Positions 21,465-32,671 are shown, numbered from the stretch's first letter. The stretch: DNA of 64,000 nt from an uncultured Chloroflexia bacterium (GCA_963750125.1 CAVVPT010000007.1:37053-101052); one strand, 5' to 3'. Translations and numbers: made by a program. Notes: generated from the sequence alone by a model not told the origin.

Positions 21465-22499
21465 GTGGCCTCGCCAAATCCGACCCATCCCGGTGGTTCC
21501 CCGCCCACGACGATCGCCGACATCGCCGAGCTGACCGGCGTGTCCGTGCCGACGGTATCCAAGGTGATCAACGGGCGGTCGGACGTCTCGGCCGAGACGC
21601 GACGACGCGTCGAAACCGCGATCCGCGAACACGGCTATCGCCGGTCACCCGGCTCGCGCCCCCGGACACCGCTCCTCGAGGTGATCTTTCATGAGCTCGA
21701 GAGCGAGTGGGCGCTCGAGATCGTCCGTGGCGTGGAGCGCGTCGCCGGGCAGCATCACCTGGCGGTCGTCCTGAGCGAGATGCAGGGTCGGCGATCGCCC
21801 GGTCGAGGCTGGATGGAGGGCGTGCTGGCCCGACGGCCGACCGGCGTGATCGCGGTTTTCTCCGATCTCAGCGAGTCGATGCGGGAACAGCTCGCGACGC
21901 GCGGCATCCCCTACGTGATCGTCGACCCGACCGGGGAGCCGCTCCACGACACGCCGTCGGTCGGCGCGACCAACTGGAACGGCGGGCTGACAGCGACACG
22001 CCATCTCCTGGCGCTCGGCCACCGGCGGATCGGGGTCATCGGCGGGCCAGAGTGGATCCTGTGCAGTCGCGCGCGCCTCGACGGCTACCGGGCGGCGATG
22101 GACGAGGCCGGCGTCCCGATCGGCCCGGACCTTATCAGCCACGGTCGATTTCACGTCGAGGAGGGCATCGACCGAGGACGGGCGCTGCTCCGCCTCAAGG
22201 ACCGGCCAACAGCGATCTTCGCCGGCAACGACCTGCAGGCCCTGGGCGTCTACCAGGCCGCGCGCGAGGCCCGGCTCCATATCCCCGAGGACCTGAGCGT
22301 CGTGGGCTTCGACGACCTGCCGGTCGCGCAGTGGGTGGGTCCGCCGATGACGACCGTCCGGCAACCGCTCATGGACATGGCCACTGCGGCCGCGGGGATG
22401 GTCGTCGCGATGGCACGCGGCGAGACGCCGAAGCAGACACGGATTGAGCTCGCGACCGAGCTCGTGGTCCGCGAGAGCACCGCGCCGCCGGCCGGCTGA
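21465..22499 (+). CDS. LacI-family transcriptional regulator
   Basis: The HTH TIADIAELTGVSVPTVSKVINGR is followed by a periplasmic-binding-fold sugar domain. Start is uncertain: GTG at 21465 is chosen because the HTH normally lies at the extreme N-terminus; the track ORF starts at 21360. Confidence 0.8.
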   Translation: MASPNPTHPGGSPPTTIADIAELTGVSVPTVSKVINGRSDVSAETRRRVETAIREHGYRRSPGSRPRTPLLEVIFHELESEWALEIVRGVERVAGQHHLAVVLSEMQGRRSPGRGWMEGVLARRPTGVIAVFSDLSESMREQLATRGIPYVIVDPTGEPLHDTPSVGATNWNGGLTATRHLLALGHRRIGVIGGPEWILCSRARLDGYRAAMDEAGVPIGPDLISHGRFHVEEGIDRGRALLRLKDRPTAIFAGNDLQALGVYQAAREARLHIPEDLSVVGFDDLPVAQWVGPPMTTVRQPLMDMATAAAGMVVAMARGETPKQTRIELATELVVRESTAPPAG

Positions 22500-22695
22500 G
22501 ACGGCCGAAGCCGGACCTACGGCTGGCGGTCGCCCAGGCGTTCGTCGACTCAATCACGTTCGACTGACATCGCCGAATCCGGAGCGAAGGCTCGGCACTC
22601 GCGCGTCGGGTCTTCGCTCGTGCGGGCGGCGCGTTACCCTCTGCCCTGACCGGTGTTGCCATTGGCGGGGGTAAGCGTCCCAGGGGTGGGGTGGT

Positions 22696-23718
22696 ATGGA
22701 CGGCTTCCTTGCCGCGGTGCAGCGGACGGGCTCGAGTGGCGGCTTCGGCTACGGCGGCAAGTCCGGCAGCTCGCCCGCGCCATTCGATGCGGTCGACGGG
22801 AGCCGGCTGGCCGGTCCCAGCGGCAGCCATCCGCTTGCGGCGGTCCGGCTCGAGGAGCTCGTGCGGACCGCGAGCGACGACCTCGACGGCTCGATCGAGA
22901 TCGACGCCCCCGTTCGTGTCGGCGAGGGGATCCGCGGCAGGCTTCGCGTCACCGCCGGTCGCGACATCGAGGCCCGCGGCGCAGTCCTGCGGCTCGTCGG
23001 AGTCCGGCTCACCGAGCAGCGCCGGTCCTACGAGCAGCGCGACAGCAAGGGCCAGGTGACGCGCAGCGAGCAGTGGGTCGAGGTCGATGGCCGGCTGTTC
23101 GAGACGCTGCCCTTCACTGAGCCGGTGCTGCCAGCCCGGCTCGCCGCCGGCCAGACATTCGAGGCCGAATTCAACTTGCCGGCGCCGCGGCTCGGGCCGC
23201 CGTCGGCGCACCTCGGGCCGGCGCTGCTAGCGTGGGCGCTCGATGCGCGGTGGGATATCCCGATGGGTTCGGACGAACACGTGGCGGCACTCGTTGACGT
23301 GGAGCAGCACCCCGACTATCTGCGATCCGGGGCGGCGGGCCTGGCCGAAGGGTCGTTGTACGACGCCTGGCAGACCGGTGACGCGTCCATCGCGGTCTCG
23401 CCCCTCCCACCGCTGGCCGCGGGTTCGGAGGTGGACGTCACGGTGACATGGCCGTCGGCAGGGTCGGGGAGGGGAGCCCGGCTCGAGCTGCAGGCCGACG
23501 TCGCGGCACCGAACGGGATTTCGGACCTCGTCGTGTGGTCGGCAGCGCTCGACCCGGCCGCGTTCCGCGATGGCGTCACCGTCCGAGTGCCCATCCCGGA
23601 CGACGCGCCGCCCACTGTTTCCGCCGAGCGCGTCGGCGTGAACTACCGGATCCGCGCACTGGTCGACCGGCCGATGCGCTCGGATCTCGCTGTCGAGCGG
23701 GCGGTCGCGATCCTCTGA
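22696..23718 (+). CDS. hypothetical protein with arrestin/Spo0M-like double beta-sandwich pattern
   Basis: 340 aa. Two halves each show the pattern G.xG.LxV...(A/R)xxLxLxG followed by LPxxxPPS/T and VxYxIxAxVD. The assignment is by pattern only. Confidence 0.4.
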   Translation: MDGFLAAVQRTGSSGGFGYGGKSGSSPAPFDAVDGSRLAGPSGSHPLAAVRLEELVRTASDDLDGSIEIDAPVRVGEGIRGRLRVTAGRDIEARGAVLRLVGVRLTEQRRSYEQRDSKGQVTRSEQWVEVDGRLFETLPFTEPVLPARLAAGQTFEAEFNLPAPRLGPPSAHLGPALLAWALDARWDIPMGSDEHVAALVDVEQHPDYLRSGAAGLAEGSLYDAWQTGDASIAVSPLPPLAAGSEVDVTVTWPSAGSGRGARLELQADVAAPNGISDLVVWSAALDPAAFRDGVTVRVPIPDDAPPTVSAERVGVNYRIRALVDRPMRSDLAVERAVAIL

Positions 23719-23779
23719 AACCTTTCGGGCCCTCCCTGTCTCAGGTGGGTGTCGACCCCATTTCCTGGGAGATCCCCGA

Positions 23780-25119
23780 GTGCCCCATGTTGCCCGTCAC
23801 CTGCTCCTCGCCTTGCTCGCGGCGTTCGTCGGCGGCGGTTTCGTTGCGCCCGTCGCCGTCTCCGCGGCGAGCGTCACCATCCGAATCACCGACCGCGTCT
23901 CACCGGCCGAGGTGACGGTCCCCGCCGGCGCGACGATCAGGTTCGTCAATGCCGACGGCGAGCGGCATCGGATGCGCTCGCAGTCGGGGCCTGCCGAATT
24001 CGACTCCCACAATCTCGAGCCGGACCAGTCGTATTCGATGAAGCTGACGGCCAAGGGCACCTACACGTACCTCGACGAGCGCGAGGACGACGACACGCGC
24101 TATCACGGGCGGATCGTGGTTGGCGGGAGCTCGGGGTCGGCGCCGAAGCCGTCGACGGGCGGCGGTGGCTCGACGTCCGCGACGACATCGTCGGATTCGG
24201 TCTCGATGGCTGGGCGTGCCTTCAGCCCGGCCACGGTCACGATCGCGGCCGGCGGCTCGGTCACGTTCCGCAACGACGACGACCGCGGCCACACGGTCAC
24301 GGCCAGGGACGGGACATTCAACAGCGGCACGATCGCCGAAGGCGGGTCATGGAAACGGACGTTCAAGCAGGCCGGCACGTTCTCTTACCTGTGCGCGATC
24401 CATCCCGAGATGGCCGGCAAAGTGGTCGTCAAGGGCTCCGGCGGCTCGGGCGGCTCCGGCGGCTCGGGTGCGGCTCCGGCCGCGACGCCGAAGCCGAGCC
24501 CTAAGCCGAGCCCGAAGCCGACCCCCACTACCACGCCGAAGGCGGCCCCGTCGACGGCGTCCGAAGCCGAGATCCGGGACTTCTCGTTCGCGCCGCCGAG
24601 CATCAGCGTTCCGGTGGGTTCGACCGTCACGTGGCGGAATGTCGGGCAAGCGCCGCATACCGTGACGGACGCGGACGGGTCATTCGACTCCGAGATGATC
24701 GCGGCCGGCGGGTCGTGGGCCCGCACATTCGAAACGACAGGGACTTTTGCCTACTTCTGTTCGTTCCATCCGCAGATGGAGGGCGTGGTCGAGGTTACAG
24801 CCGGCGAGGTCGCGGCGGCGCCGGCGACGCCAGGGGTCGCGGCGACACCAGTGGTGGCGGCGACGCCCGAGCCGACCCCGTCGCGTCCGCGTCGCTCGCA
24901 CCGGCGGCAGTCGCTCCGGCTGCGACCCAGCCGCCGCCGCCGTCCGAACCCCCGTCCGAGGCGACTACGGTCTCGACCCAGGGACCGAGCTTCGGCGGCG
25001 AGCTCATGGTCCGCTTCGTCATCGTCGGACTGCTGATCGGCGGTGCGTTCCTGCTCTTCGTCCGCGCGGTCGGCGGCTCGGTCCGTAGACGTCCGGACGA
25101 GGCGATAAGCGCTGGATAA
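23780..25119 (+). pseudogene. secreted three-domain cupredoxin (blue copper) protein with a C-terminal TM anchor, one frameshift near 24885
   Basis: Signal peptide. Domains 2 and 3 carry type-1 Cu ligands: HTVT...YLCAIHPEMAGKVVV and HTVT...YFCSFHPQMEGVVEV. Domain 1 lacks the Cys. The Pro/Thr linker continues in the frame of ORF 24631..25119, ending in MVRFVIVGLLIGGAFLLFVRAV. Confidence 0.7.
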
Positions 25120-25141
25120 GTGCCTCGATCATCGTGCCCTG

Positions 25142-25874
25142 GTGTATGAGGGCCGACTCGGTGCCGCGATCCGGCTGCTGCGCCAACGACGCCACTGGAC
25201 CCAGGCGGATCTCGGTGCCCGCGCGGGAGTGTCGGACACGACGATCAGCCGGATCGAACGAGGACACGTTCGGTCGCTGACGATCGCGACGATCCAGGAG
25301 GTGGCGGGCGAACTCGACATCCGCGTGGATCTCGTGCCTCGGTGGCGGTCGGGTGACCTGGACCGCTTGTTGAACCGACGGCACTCGACGCTGCACGAAC
25401 TGGTGGCGCGCTGGTTCGGAGAGGTCGTTCCGGCGTGGGTTCTTGCGCCCGAAGTCTCCTACTCGATCTACGGCGAGCGCGGGGTCATCGACATCCTGGC
25501 ATGGCACCCAGAACGGCGGGCACTTCTCATCATCGAGCTCAAGACGGACATCGTGGACGTGAACGACCTGGTCGGGGCCGCGGACCGGCGTCGGCGGCTG
25601 GCGCGGACGATTGCCGCTGAGCGCGGGTGGGATCCCGCGACGGTGTCGGTCTGGGTGGTCGTGGCGCCCGAGCCGCACGAACCGACGAAGAGTCGCGGCC
25701 CATGAGGCGATGCTTCGGGCAGCCTTTCCGATGGACGGCCGTGGACTGCGAGCGTGGCTCCGGAACCCGGCGGGACCGGTCGCCGGCCTTTCGTTCTGGC
25801 CAGATTCCCGTGCAGGGAAAGTAAGGCCGGATCTAACGCCCGCCCGACGCGTCCGGAGGCCCCGGTCGGCCTGA
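25142..25874 (+). pseudogene. second XRE-HTH::PD-(D/E)xK nuclease-like paralog, single-base frameshift near 25655
   Basis: GTG start. WTQADLGARAGVSDTTISRIERG, GVIDILAWHPERRALLIIELK. After VVVA the homology to the 14832 paralog (TRTNRRRLDAHRTVIRNAFP) continues in the frame of ORF 25611..25874 (SRTNRRRVAAHEAMLRAAFP). Confidence 0.65.
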
Positions 25875-26005
25875 ATCGGGCGAATCCTTGGCCAACTTCC
25901 CGGCTGGTGGGAATCTGGCTGGGCAGGTCGTCCGCGAGGTGGCCTAAGCGCCCGGGGGTGGGAATTTGGCCAGATTGCGGAAGGCAAGAGCGGGTCCCGG
26001 CGGTG
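25788..26005. repeat. structured intergenic repeat, copy A (four 13-15 nt motifs in R..R-F..F order)
   Basis: TGGCCAGATTCCC (25797-25809), TGGCCAACTTCCC (25889-25901), GTGGGAATCTGGC (25907-25919), TGGCCTAAGCGCCC (25940-25953), GTGGGAATTTGGCCA (25958-25972). The architecture and flanks match 40825-41030. Confidence 0.75.
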
Positions 26006-26040
26006 CGGCCTGGGAGACGCGCGCGGGCCGCGGAATCGGG

Positions 26041-26752
26041 CTACCGGCAGTGCCAGCCGCCGTCGACGATCAGGTCGACCCCGTTGACGGCCGTGTTCTC
26101 GAGCAGGAACACCACCGCGTTGACGATTTCGTCCATGCGGCAGAGGCGCTGGATCGGCGTCTCCGAGGTGTACCTGGCGATCGCCGCCGGCTTTTCGGAC
26201 CAGTAGGGGCTGTCGCCGACGACGCCCGGGTGGATCGAGTTGACCCGGATGGGCTTGAGCTCCTCGACCAGCGTTCGGGTCAGCCCGACGACGCCACCGT
26301 TGACCGTCGTGACGGTGGTCGAGCCCGGGTAGGGGCGCTCCTTCGCCATGCCGCCGAACAACACGACCGACGAGCGCGGCGAAAGACGATCGCGGAGCGC
26401 GCTGACCACGGCCGTGTACCCGACGAGCTTGAGCGTCACGAGCCGAATCGCGCGGTCGAGGTGGTACTCGGCCACGGTGTTGTGGTCGCGCTCGATCGCG
26501 GCGAGCACAAGGTGCTCGACGGGCCCGACGTCTGAAAGGAAGTCGGCGATCTTGTGGGGCCGGGCGAGGTCGAAGGTGAGGCCGCGGACCCGGCCGCCTT
26601 CCGCAGTCACCATCGCCACCGCGGCGTCCACGTTCTCCTTCGACTGCCCGGTCAGGACCACCTCGTGGCCAGTCGCTGGCGTAGTGCTTGACGATCTCCA
26701 GCCCGATGGCCCGCGTGCCTCCGACGACGACGACCGATCCGTCTCCTGCCAT
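26041..26752 (-). pseudogene. short-chain dehydrogenase/reductase, one frameshift near 26675
   Basis: The N-terminus MAGDGSVVVVGGTRAIGLEIVKHYAS is in one frame. The rest (TGHEVVLTGQS..VNSIHPGVV..VDGGWH) is in the frame of ORF 26041..26874. Confidence 0.75.
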
Positions 26753-27665
26753 CTACTCCTCCTCCTCGAACCGCTTCCAGACCGGCACCCAGCGGTAGGC
26801 ATGGCGCGCCGGCGGCTGCGGTGCCTGGGTCTCGATCCAGCGCACCCGACCGGTGCCGTTGTTGTAGAAGCCATGCACGGCGCCGACGCCGGCGAACACC
26901 ACGTCGCCGGCCCGCACCGTGTGGACCGTGCCGTCGAGCTCGGCCTCGCACTCGCCGTCGAGGAAGAAGTACGCCTCCTCGAACGGGTGGTCGTGCTGCT
27001 GGGCCGAGCCGCCCGGCTCGTAGTCGACCGTGAACATCGTCAGCAGCTCGGCGCCGAACACGCGGTCGATCAGCATCTTCACCGAGATCCCGCTGTACAC
27101 GACCAGCGCCGTGTCCATGCCCGCGGACGCACGGCCCCGCGCGGGATCGGTCAGACGCAAGCGCCTCGGCCTGCGGCGGCGTTCCGTCGTAGTGGCCGAC
27201 CCAGCGCAGGCGCGGATCGCCGAAGGCCGGCCGCACGGCGCGCGCGTCCAGCCCGGCGAGGTCCGGCGGCGTCTTCTCGAAGAACGTGTCCTTGCGGCCG
27301 GCGTCGGGTGCGAGTCGCTGCGGCGTGTTCATCGACATCCAGCGGACCGGCTCGTCGCGCGCGTTGGCCAGGGTGTGCTGCACGCCGATCGGGATCAGCG
27401 CGAAGTCGCCCTTGTGCAGGCGATGGACGGTGCCGTCGACCTCGAGCAGCAGCTCGCCGCCGAGGACGTACAGCGACTCCTCGAACGAATGGAAGTGGCG
27501 ACAGAGCCAGCCGCCGGCCTGGAAGGAGCCAATCGCGATCTCGGTGTGGACGGCGCCCTGCTCGGGGCCGACGACGACCGCCCGGGCGAGGCCATGCGCC
27601 GTCGGCGGAGGAGGGAGCGGCGTGGCGACCCGATCCCAGTCAACCCGTCCGACGTAATGCGCCAC
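26753..27665 (-). pseudogene. bicupin protein, one frameshift near 27150
   Basis: GTG start preceded by GGAGG. Cupin 1 is HFHSFEESLYVLGGELLLEVDG..H. Cupin 2, in the other frame, is QQHDHPFEEAYFFLDGECEAELDG..HGF. Confidence 0.7.
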
Positions 27666-27722
27666 GCCTGCCTCCGCTCCGAGGTGCCGAGGAAACGAGT
27701 GTGCAGTGTCAGTACACAGCGG

Positions 27723-28393
27723 TCAAGCAGGGTTGAACCTAACGTGACGCTCTCGTCGGCGCCGCTGCGCGGGCGAGGCCTGGCCCAGGTCGGCCGGGCC
27801 CCGGCCGAGCACGAACCAGATCGCGTGCACCGGCTCGTCGCCGGCGTTGAAGAGCCGATGCGGCCGTCCCGAATCGAACGCGACGGCGTCACCCGGGCCG
27901 AGCACGTACTCGTCGAACCCGATGTTGACGCCGAGCTGGCCGCTCAGGACGTAGCCCCACTCCTGGCCGCCGTGCCGCTGGAACTCGTGCTCCGGGCTCG
28001 ACGCGCCGCCGACCTCGTAGGTCACGTACAGGAAGTCGACATTCGGCAGCGAGGCCGTCGTCAGCCGTTCCCAGATGACGCCCGACGCGAGCCGGATCGA
28101 CTTGCGATCGGTCGCCCGCTGGACCGGACCGGCCGGCATCGTCGCCGCGCTCGGTTCCTCGGCGGTTGCGCCGGCTCGGGTGCCGGCGACGGCCGTTTGC
28201 GCGTCGGGGTAGACCAGCTCGTCGAGCGAGATCCCGAGCTCGGTCACGATCGCGTAGAGCGTGCTGACCGACGGCTTGGCGCGCCCGGTCTCGACCTGGG
28301 AGATCAGGCTCGGCGAGACGCCCAGCCGTTCGGCGAGGCCGCGCAGGCTGAGGCCGCGCGACACTGACGCGCCTCGCGCAGGCGATCGCCCAT
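27723..28393 (-). pseudogene. XRE-family HTH regulator with C-terminal cupin domain, probable frameshift near 28362
   Basis: The HTH helix 1 (MGDRLREARQ, from the ATG at 28393) is out of frame with RGLSLRGLAERLGVSPSLISQVETG. The cupin part contains GGQEWGYVLSGQL..GDAVAFDSGRPHR. Confidence 0.7.
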
Positions 28394-28474
28394 CTCGCCG
28401 TATTCGAGCCCTGCACCATTCCCGCTGTTGCGGCTCACGAACCCTCCCTCAGGACGTCCACGCATCGTAGTCCG

Positions 28475-29835
28475 TCACTCGGCTTCCACGAGGTTCGGCT
28501 GTGCCAGCCGGCCGCCGGCCTTCCGGCGGATCCGCTCCGCCGATTCGTTCGCATCACGCATCAGCGCCGCGGCGTCGATGCCGACGAGCTCGCCGCCGCG
28601 TTTGACGAATCGACCGCCGACGAGCACGGAGTCGACGTTGGCGGGCGTCACCGTCCGGACGATCGCCGACTCGACGGCGGCCAGCGGCCCGACGTTGAGG
28701 TCGTCGGCCCGGATCAGCAGGATGTCCGCCGCCTTGCCCGGCGTCAGCGAGCCGACCTCGTCGCCGAGGCCGAGCGCCCGGGCGCCGGCGAGCGTGCCGA
28801 TCTCCAGGACGCGGCGGAACGTCAGCGCGGGGAGCGACGCCGTCGCCGTTCCCTCCCACGGGATGCCCATGTTCCAGGCCACGTTCATCGCCTGGAAGAG
28901 GTCGACCGGCGCGAGCGACGTGGCGTCGATCGAGAACGACACGTCCACGCCGGCCGCCAGGAACGACAGCAGCGCCGCGCGCGGATCGCCGGCATCGCCG
29001 AGCCGCAGCTCCGAATGGACGGCGTAGCTCAGCGGGGTGCCCGTCCGAGCCAGCGCCGCGCGGTCCGCCTCGGTCGCGGCAAGGAAGTGGGCGATCAGGA
29101 AATCCGGCCCCAGGTAGCCCTTGCGCTCGAGCTCCGTCGCGTCGACCGCGGTCGACGCGCCCTGAACGGTGTGGATCGCGACGGGCAGGCGGCGGGCCGT
29201 CGACCTCTGCCATCTCGGCGTCGAACACGGCCATGCTGCCGAGGTCCGGTCCCCGCAGGTTGACCCCGAGATGGACGCGCCCGCCGAACGCCCCTTCGCC
29301 CTCGAACCACTCGCGTCGGACGCGGTCGATGTCGGTGAAGTCGAGCGGCGTGTCGACGTCGAGGAAGTCGATATGCCCGTACGCGTACCGCGCCCGGGCC
29401 GGGATGTCGCGATGGGCCGACAGCTCCGCGTCCGCGTGCTCGGGTGTGCGCGTGTTGTGCGACCAGTTGTGGACCGTGGTGATCCCGGCGTTCAGCGCCT
29501 CGGCCAGCCCGAGCGCCACGCTCCGGTAGAAGTCCTCGGGCTCGTAGAGGGCCGATGTCGCCCACTTGGCCGGGAAGTACTCGAAGTCCTCGGTCACGAA
29601 GTTGCGCCCGAGCGAGCTCCACATGTGCCAGTGGGTCTCGACCAGGCCGGGCATCACGATCATCCGCGAGGCGTCGACGACCTCGGCGTCGCGGACGCCG
29701 CAGCCGACCCGGGCCGACCTCGGCGATCCGCCCGTCGCGGACCAGCACGTCCGCGTCGTTCAGGGTGCCGATCGCCGGGTCGACGCTGACGACGGTGCCG
29801 CCGCGGATGAGCAGATCAACGGTTCGGGGCCACGG
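28475..29835 (-). pseudogene. amidohydrolase (metal-dependent hydrolase superfamily), at least 3 frameshifts
   Basis: The pieces DADVLVRDGRIAEVG, MIVMPGLVETHWHMW..TVHNWSH, HTVQGASTAVDATELERKGYLGPDFLIAHF (read by hand) and DVSFSIDATS..LTPGKAADILLI lie in different frames. It is a paralog of the intact gene at 39000. The 5' boundary is approximate. Confidence 0.7.
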
Positions 29836-29850
29836 TCAGCGCGGTCCCTC

Positions 29851-30556
29851 CTAGAGGCCGACGAGCTGGGCGATGAGCGTCTCGTTCGAGCGGAGCGCCT
29901 CGGGTTCGCCGGTCCACGACAGCACGCCGCCGTCACCGATGACCGCGACGCGATCCGCGACCGACAGTGCGAGGTCCACGTTCTGCTCGGCGAGCAGCAC
30001 GCCGTGGCCGCGCTCCCGGACGTCGCGGATCCGCTCGCCCACCTGGCCGACCACGGCAGGCGACAGCCCCTCCGACGGCTCGTCCATGATGATCAGGTCG
30101 GGGTTGGCCATCAGCGAACGGCCGATCGCGAGCATCTGCTGCTCCCCGCCGGACAGCGTCCCGGCACGCTGGCGCGAGCGTTCGCGCAGGCGCGGAAACA
30201 GCTCGTACACGGAGCCCACGTCCCACTCGTCGCGGCCGCGTTGCTGCCGCGGCGATCCGCAGGTTCTCCTCGACGGTCAGCGAGGCGAACACCCGCCGGC
30301 CCTGCGGCACGATGCTGATGCCCGGACGCGCGACCTGGTGGGCCGCCAGCGTCCGGACGTCCGACCCACGGAAGCGGATCGAGCCCGCTGTCGCGACCGG
30401 CGGGCGGAGTCCGCAGATCGACCGCAGCAGCGTCGTCTTGCCCATCCCGTTGCGACCGAGCAGCGCGAGCACCTCGCCCTCGCCGACGCTCAGCGAGATG
30501 CCGTTGAGCACCCGGGCCGAGGCGTAGCCCGCTTCGAGATCGACGACCTCAAGCAC
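29851..30556 (-). pseudogene. livF: branched-chain amino acid-type ABC transporter ATP-binding protein (LivF-like), one frameshift near 30225
   Basis: Walker A LLGRNGMGKTTLL is in one frame. The signature LSGGEQQMLAIGRSL and Walker B LIIMDEPSEGL are in another. The GTG at 30556 overlaps the livG stop. Confidence 0.75.
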
Positions 30557-31318
30557 GGCCCACCGCCCGGCCGAGGTAGACCGCCTGGACGGTCTCGTCG
30601 CGTCGCACGTCGTCGGGGGTCCCCGATGCAATGACCTTCCCGTTGTGCATGCACATGACGCGATCGGCGAGCCCGAGCGCCAGCGACATGTCGTGCTCGA
30701 TCAGGAGCACCGGGAGGGTGCGCGGCAGATCCTCGAGCAGCTTCCTGAGCCGTCCCCGCTCGGCGATCGCGAGACCCGGCCGCCGGCTCGTCGAGCAGCA
30801 GCAGACGCGGCTCGCTGACGAGCGCCATCGCGACCTCGAGCTGGCGTTGCTCGCCGTGCGACAGGTCGGCGACCCGGTCTCGGGCGCGGCCCTGGAGGCC
30901 GGCGTGCTCGAGCGCCTCGCGTGCCGCCCGACCCGGCTCGTCGTCCGCGGACATCCGACTCCAGAACCGCCACCGGTCGCGGCCGCGGGTCTGGCTCGCC
31001 AGCCGGACGTTCTCGAGCAACGGTCAGGCCGACGAAGAGATTCGAGACCTGGAACGTCCGGGCGAGGCCGAGCCCCGCCCGGTGGTGTGCGGCCATCCGC
31101 GTCACGTCCCGGCCCAGCAGGTTGATGCGGCCGCCGGACGGCCGCATCTCGCCGGCGATGAGCCGGAACAGCGTGGTCTTGCCCGCGCCGTTCGGTCCGA
31201 TGACCGAGACCCGCTCGCCCGCGCCCAGGGTCAGCGAGACCCCGTCGACGGCGACGACACCGCCGAAGCGGCGGCTGACCCCGTCGAGGGCGAGAGCGGG
31301 CGGGCCCGCGTCGATCAT
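30549..31318 (-). pseudogene. livG: ABC transporter ATP-binding protein (LivG-like), two frameshifts (near 31010 and 30780)
   Basis: VIGPNGAGKTTLF, then [25 protein letters not shown], then [27 protein letters not shown], in three different frames. Confidence 0.75.
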
Positions 31319-31325
31319 CGGTTGG

Positions 31326-32671
31326 CTACTGCTGGCCGGTGTAGTCGCGGCTGAACACCGGGTTGGCGAGGAACGCGTCCTTGCCGTAGGTCCAGAACTG
31401 GCTGACGTCCGGGATCGTCTCGTCGACGACGTTCCAGTACTTGCCGTCGTCGCGGGCCTCGACGTGCTCGCGGTTGACCCCGCCGACGATGTTGTTCGTG
31501 TCGTCGAACGAGATCGGGCCGTAGACGCTGTCGTCGAAGGTGAGGCCCTGGGCCGCCTTCACGAAGTTCTCGCCGTCGACCACGCCGCCGGTCTGCTCGA
31601 GGGCGCCCGCGATGACCTGCGCCATCAGGTACGAACCGGCCGAGTAGAGCGACGGGATCTCGTCGTAGCGGCTCTCGTACTCCTCGACGAATTTCTGGAC
31701 CTCGGCCGAGTCACGACCCTCGGTCCAGTAGCTGAAGCTCGTGATCCCGTTGGCCGCCTCGCCCTGGTCGCGCAGGAGCACCTGGTCGGCGAAGCAGCAG
31801 TTGCCCGACGAGCGGCGTGTCCTGCATGCCGAAGCTGGTCCACGCTTCCCAGAAGAGGATGGCGTCGGGGCCGCCGGCGGAGCCGACGAACACGACGTCC
31901 GCGTCGGCGGCCTGGGCCTGCGTCACGTAGGTGCCGAAGTCCTGGGTGCCGAGCGGGTGCCAGATCTGCTCCTTGATCGTGCCGCCGGCACCGGTGAAGC
32001 CGGACACGAAGCCGCCGCAGCTCTCCCAGCCGAAGCCGTAGTCGGGGCAGATGGTCACCGCGTTGCGGTGGCCCTGGTCGTACGCCCACTGGCCGGCCGG
32101 GAAGTTCGACTGGCTGCTGGTGTAGCCGACGCGCATGACGAGCGGGTTGAACAGGCGCTGCGTCAGGTCGTCGGCGCCCGAGATGTGGAACGACGGAACG
32201 CCCTGGCCGGCGACGTAGTCGGCGACCGCGTAGGCGGTGTTGGCGAGGATCGGGCCGGCCGTCATGTCGACGCCGACCTCTTCGACGAGCCGCCGGGCCT
32301 TGGTCAGCGCGACCTCCGGGTCGCCGGCGTCGTCCTCGTAGACCGTCTCGACGGTGACGCCGCCGGCCGTGTTGCCGTTGAGTTCCCAGTAGAGATCCCA
32401 GCCGCGCTTCATGTCGGTGCCGAGTGCGGCCACGAAGCCGGTCGTCGGCGAGATGAAGCCGACGGTGACCGGTGTCACCGGCGCCGGCGCTGGCAGGCGC
32501 CTCCGACGCCGGGGCGCTGGCGGGCGCCTCGGAGGGCGGCGGGGCGGCCGACTCCGCGGCCGGTGCCGAAGTCTGCGCCGTGCCGCCGCAGGCGGTCACG
32601 ACGAGGGCGGTGATGGCGGCGAGGACACCGAGTCGCCACGACCCGGGCTTCACGCTCCTTCGGACATCCAT
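31326..32671 (-). pseudogene. Liv-type ABC substrate-binding lipoprotein, two frameshifts (near 32475 and 31795)
   Basis: Signal peptide plus lipobox (LAAITALVVTAC) after a strong GAGGAGGAG. Periplasmic-binding-fold body VTVGFISPTTGF..; C-terminal piece SFSYWTEG... Confidence 0.75.

Noticed and set aside
14832-25874. The two same-orientation HTH::nuclease paralogs could delimit a composite mobile element or genomic island.
   Set aside because: Nucleotide identity is only moderate by eye. I saw no terminal inverted repeats, target duplications, transposase or integrase, and base composition is uniform with the surroundings.
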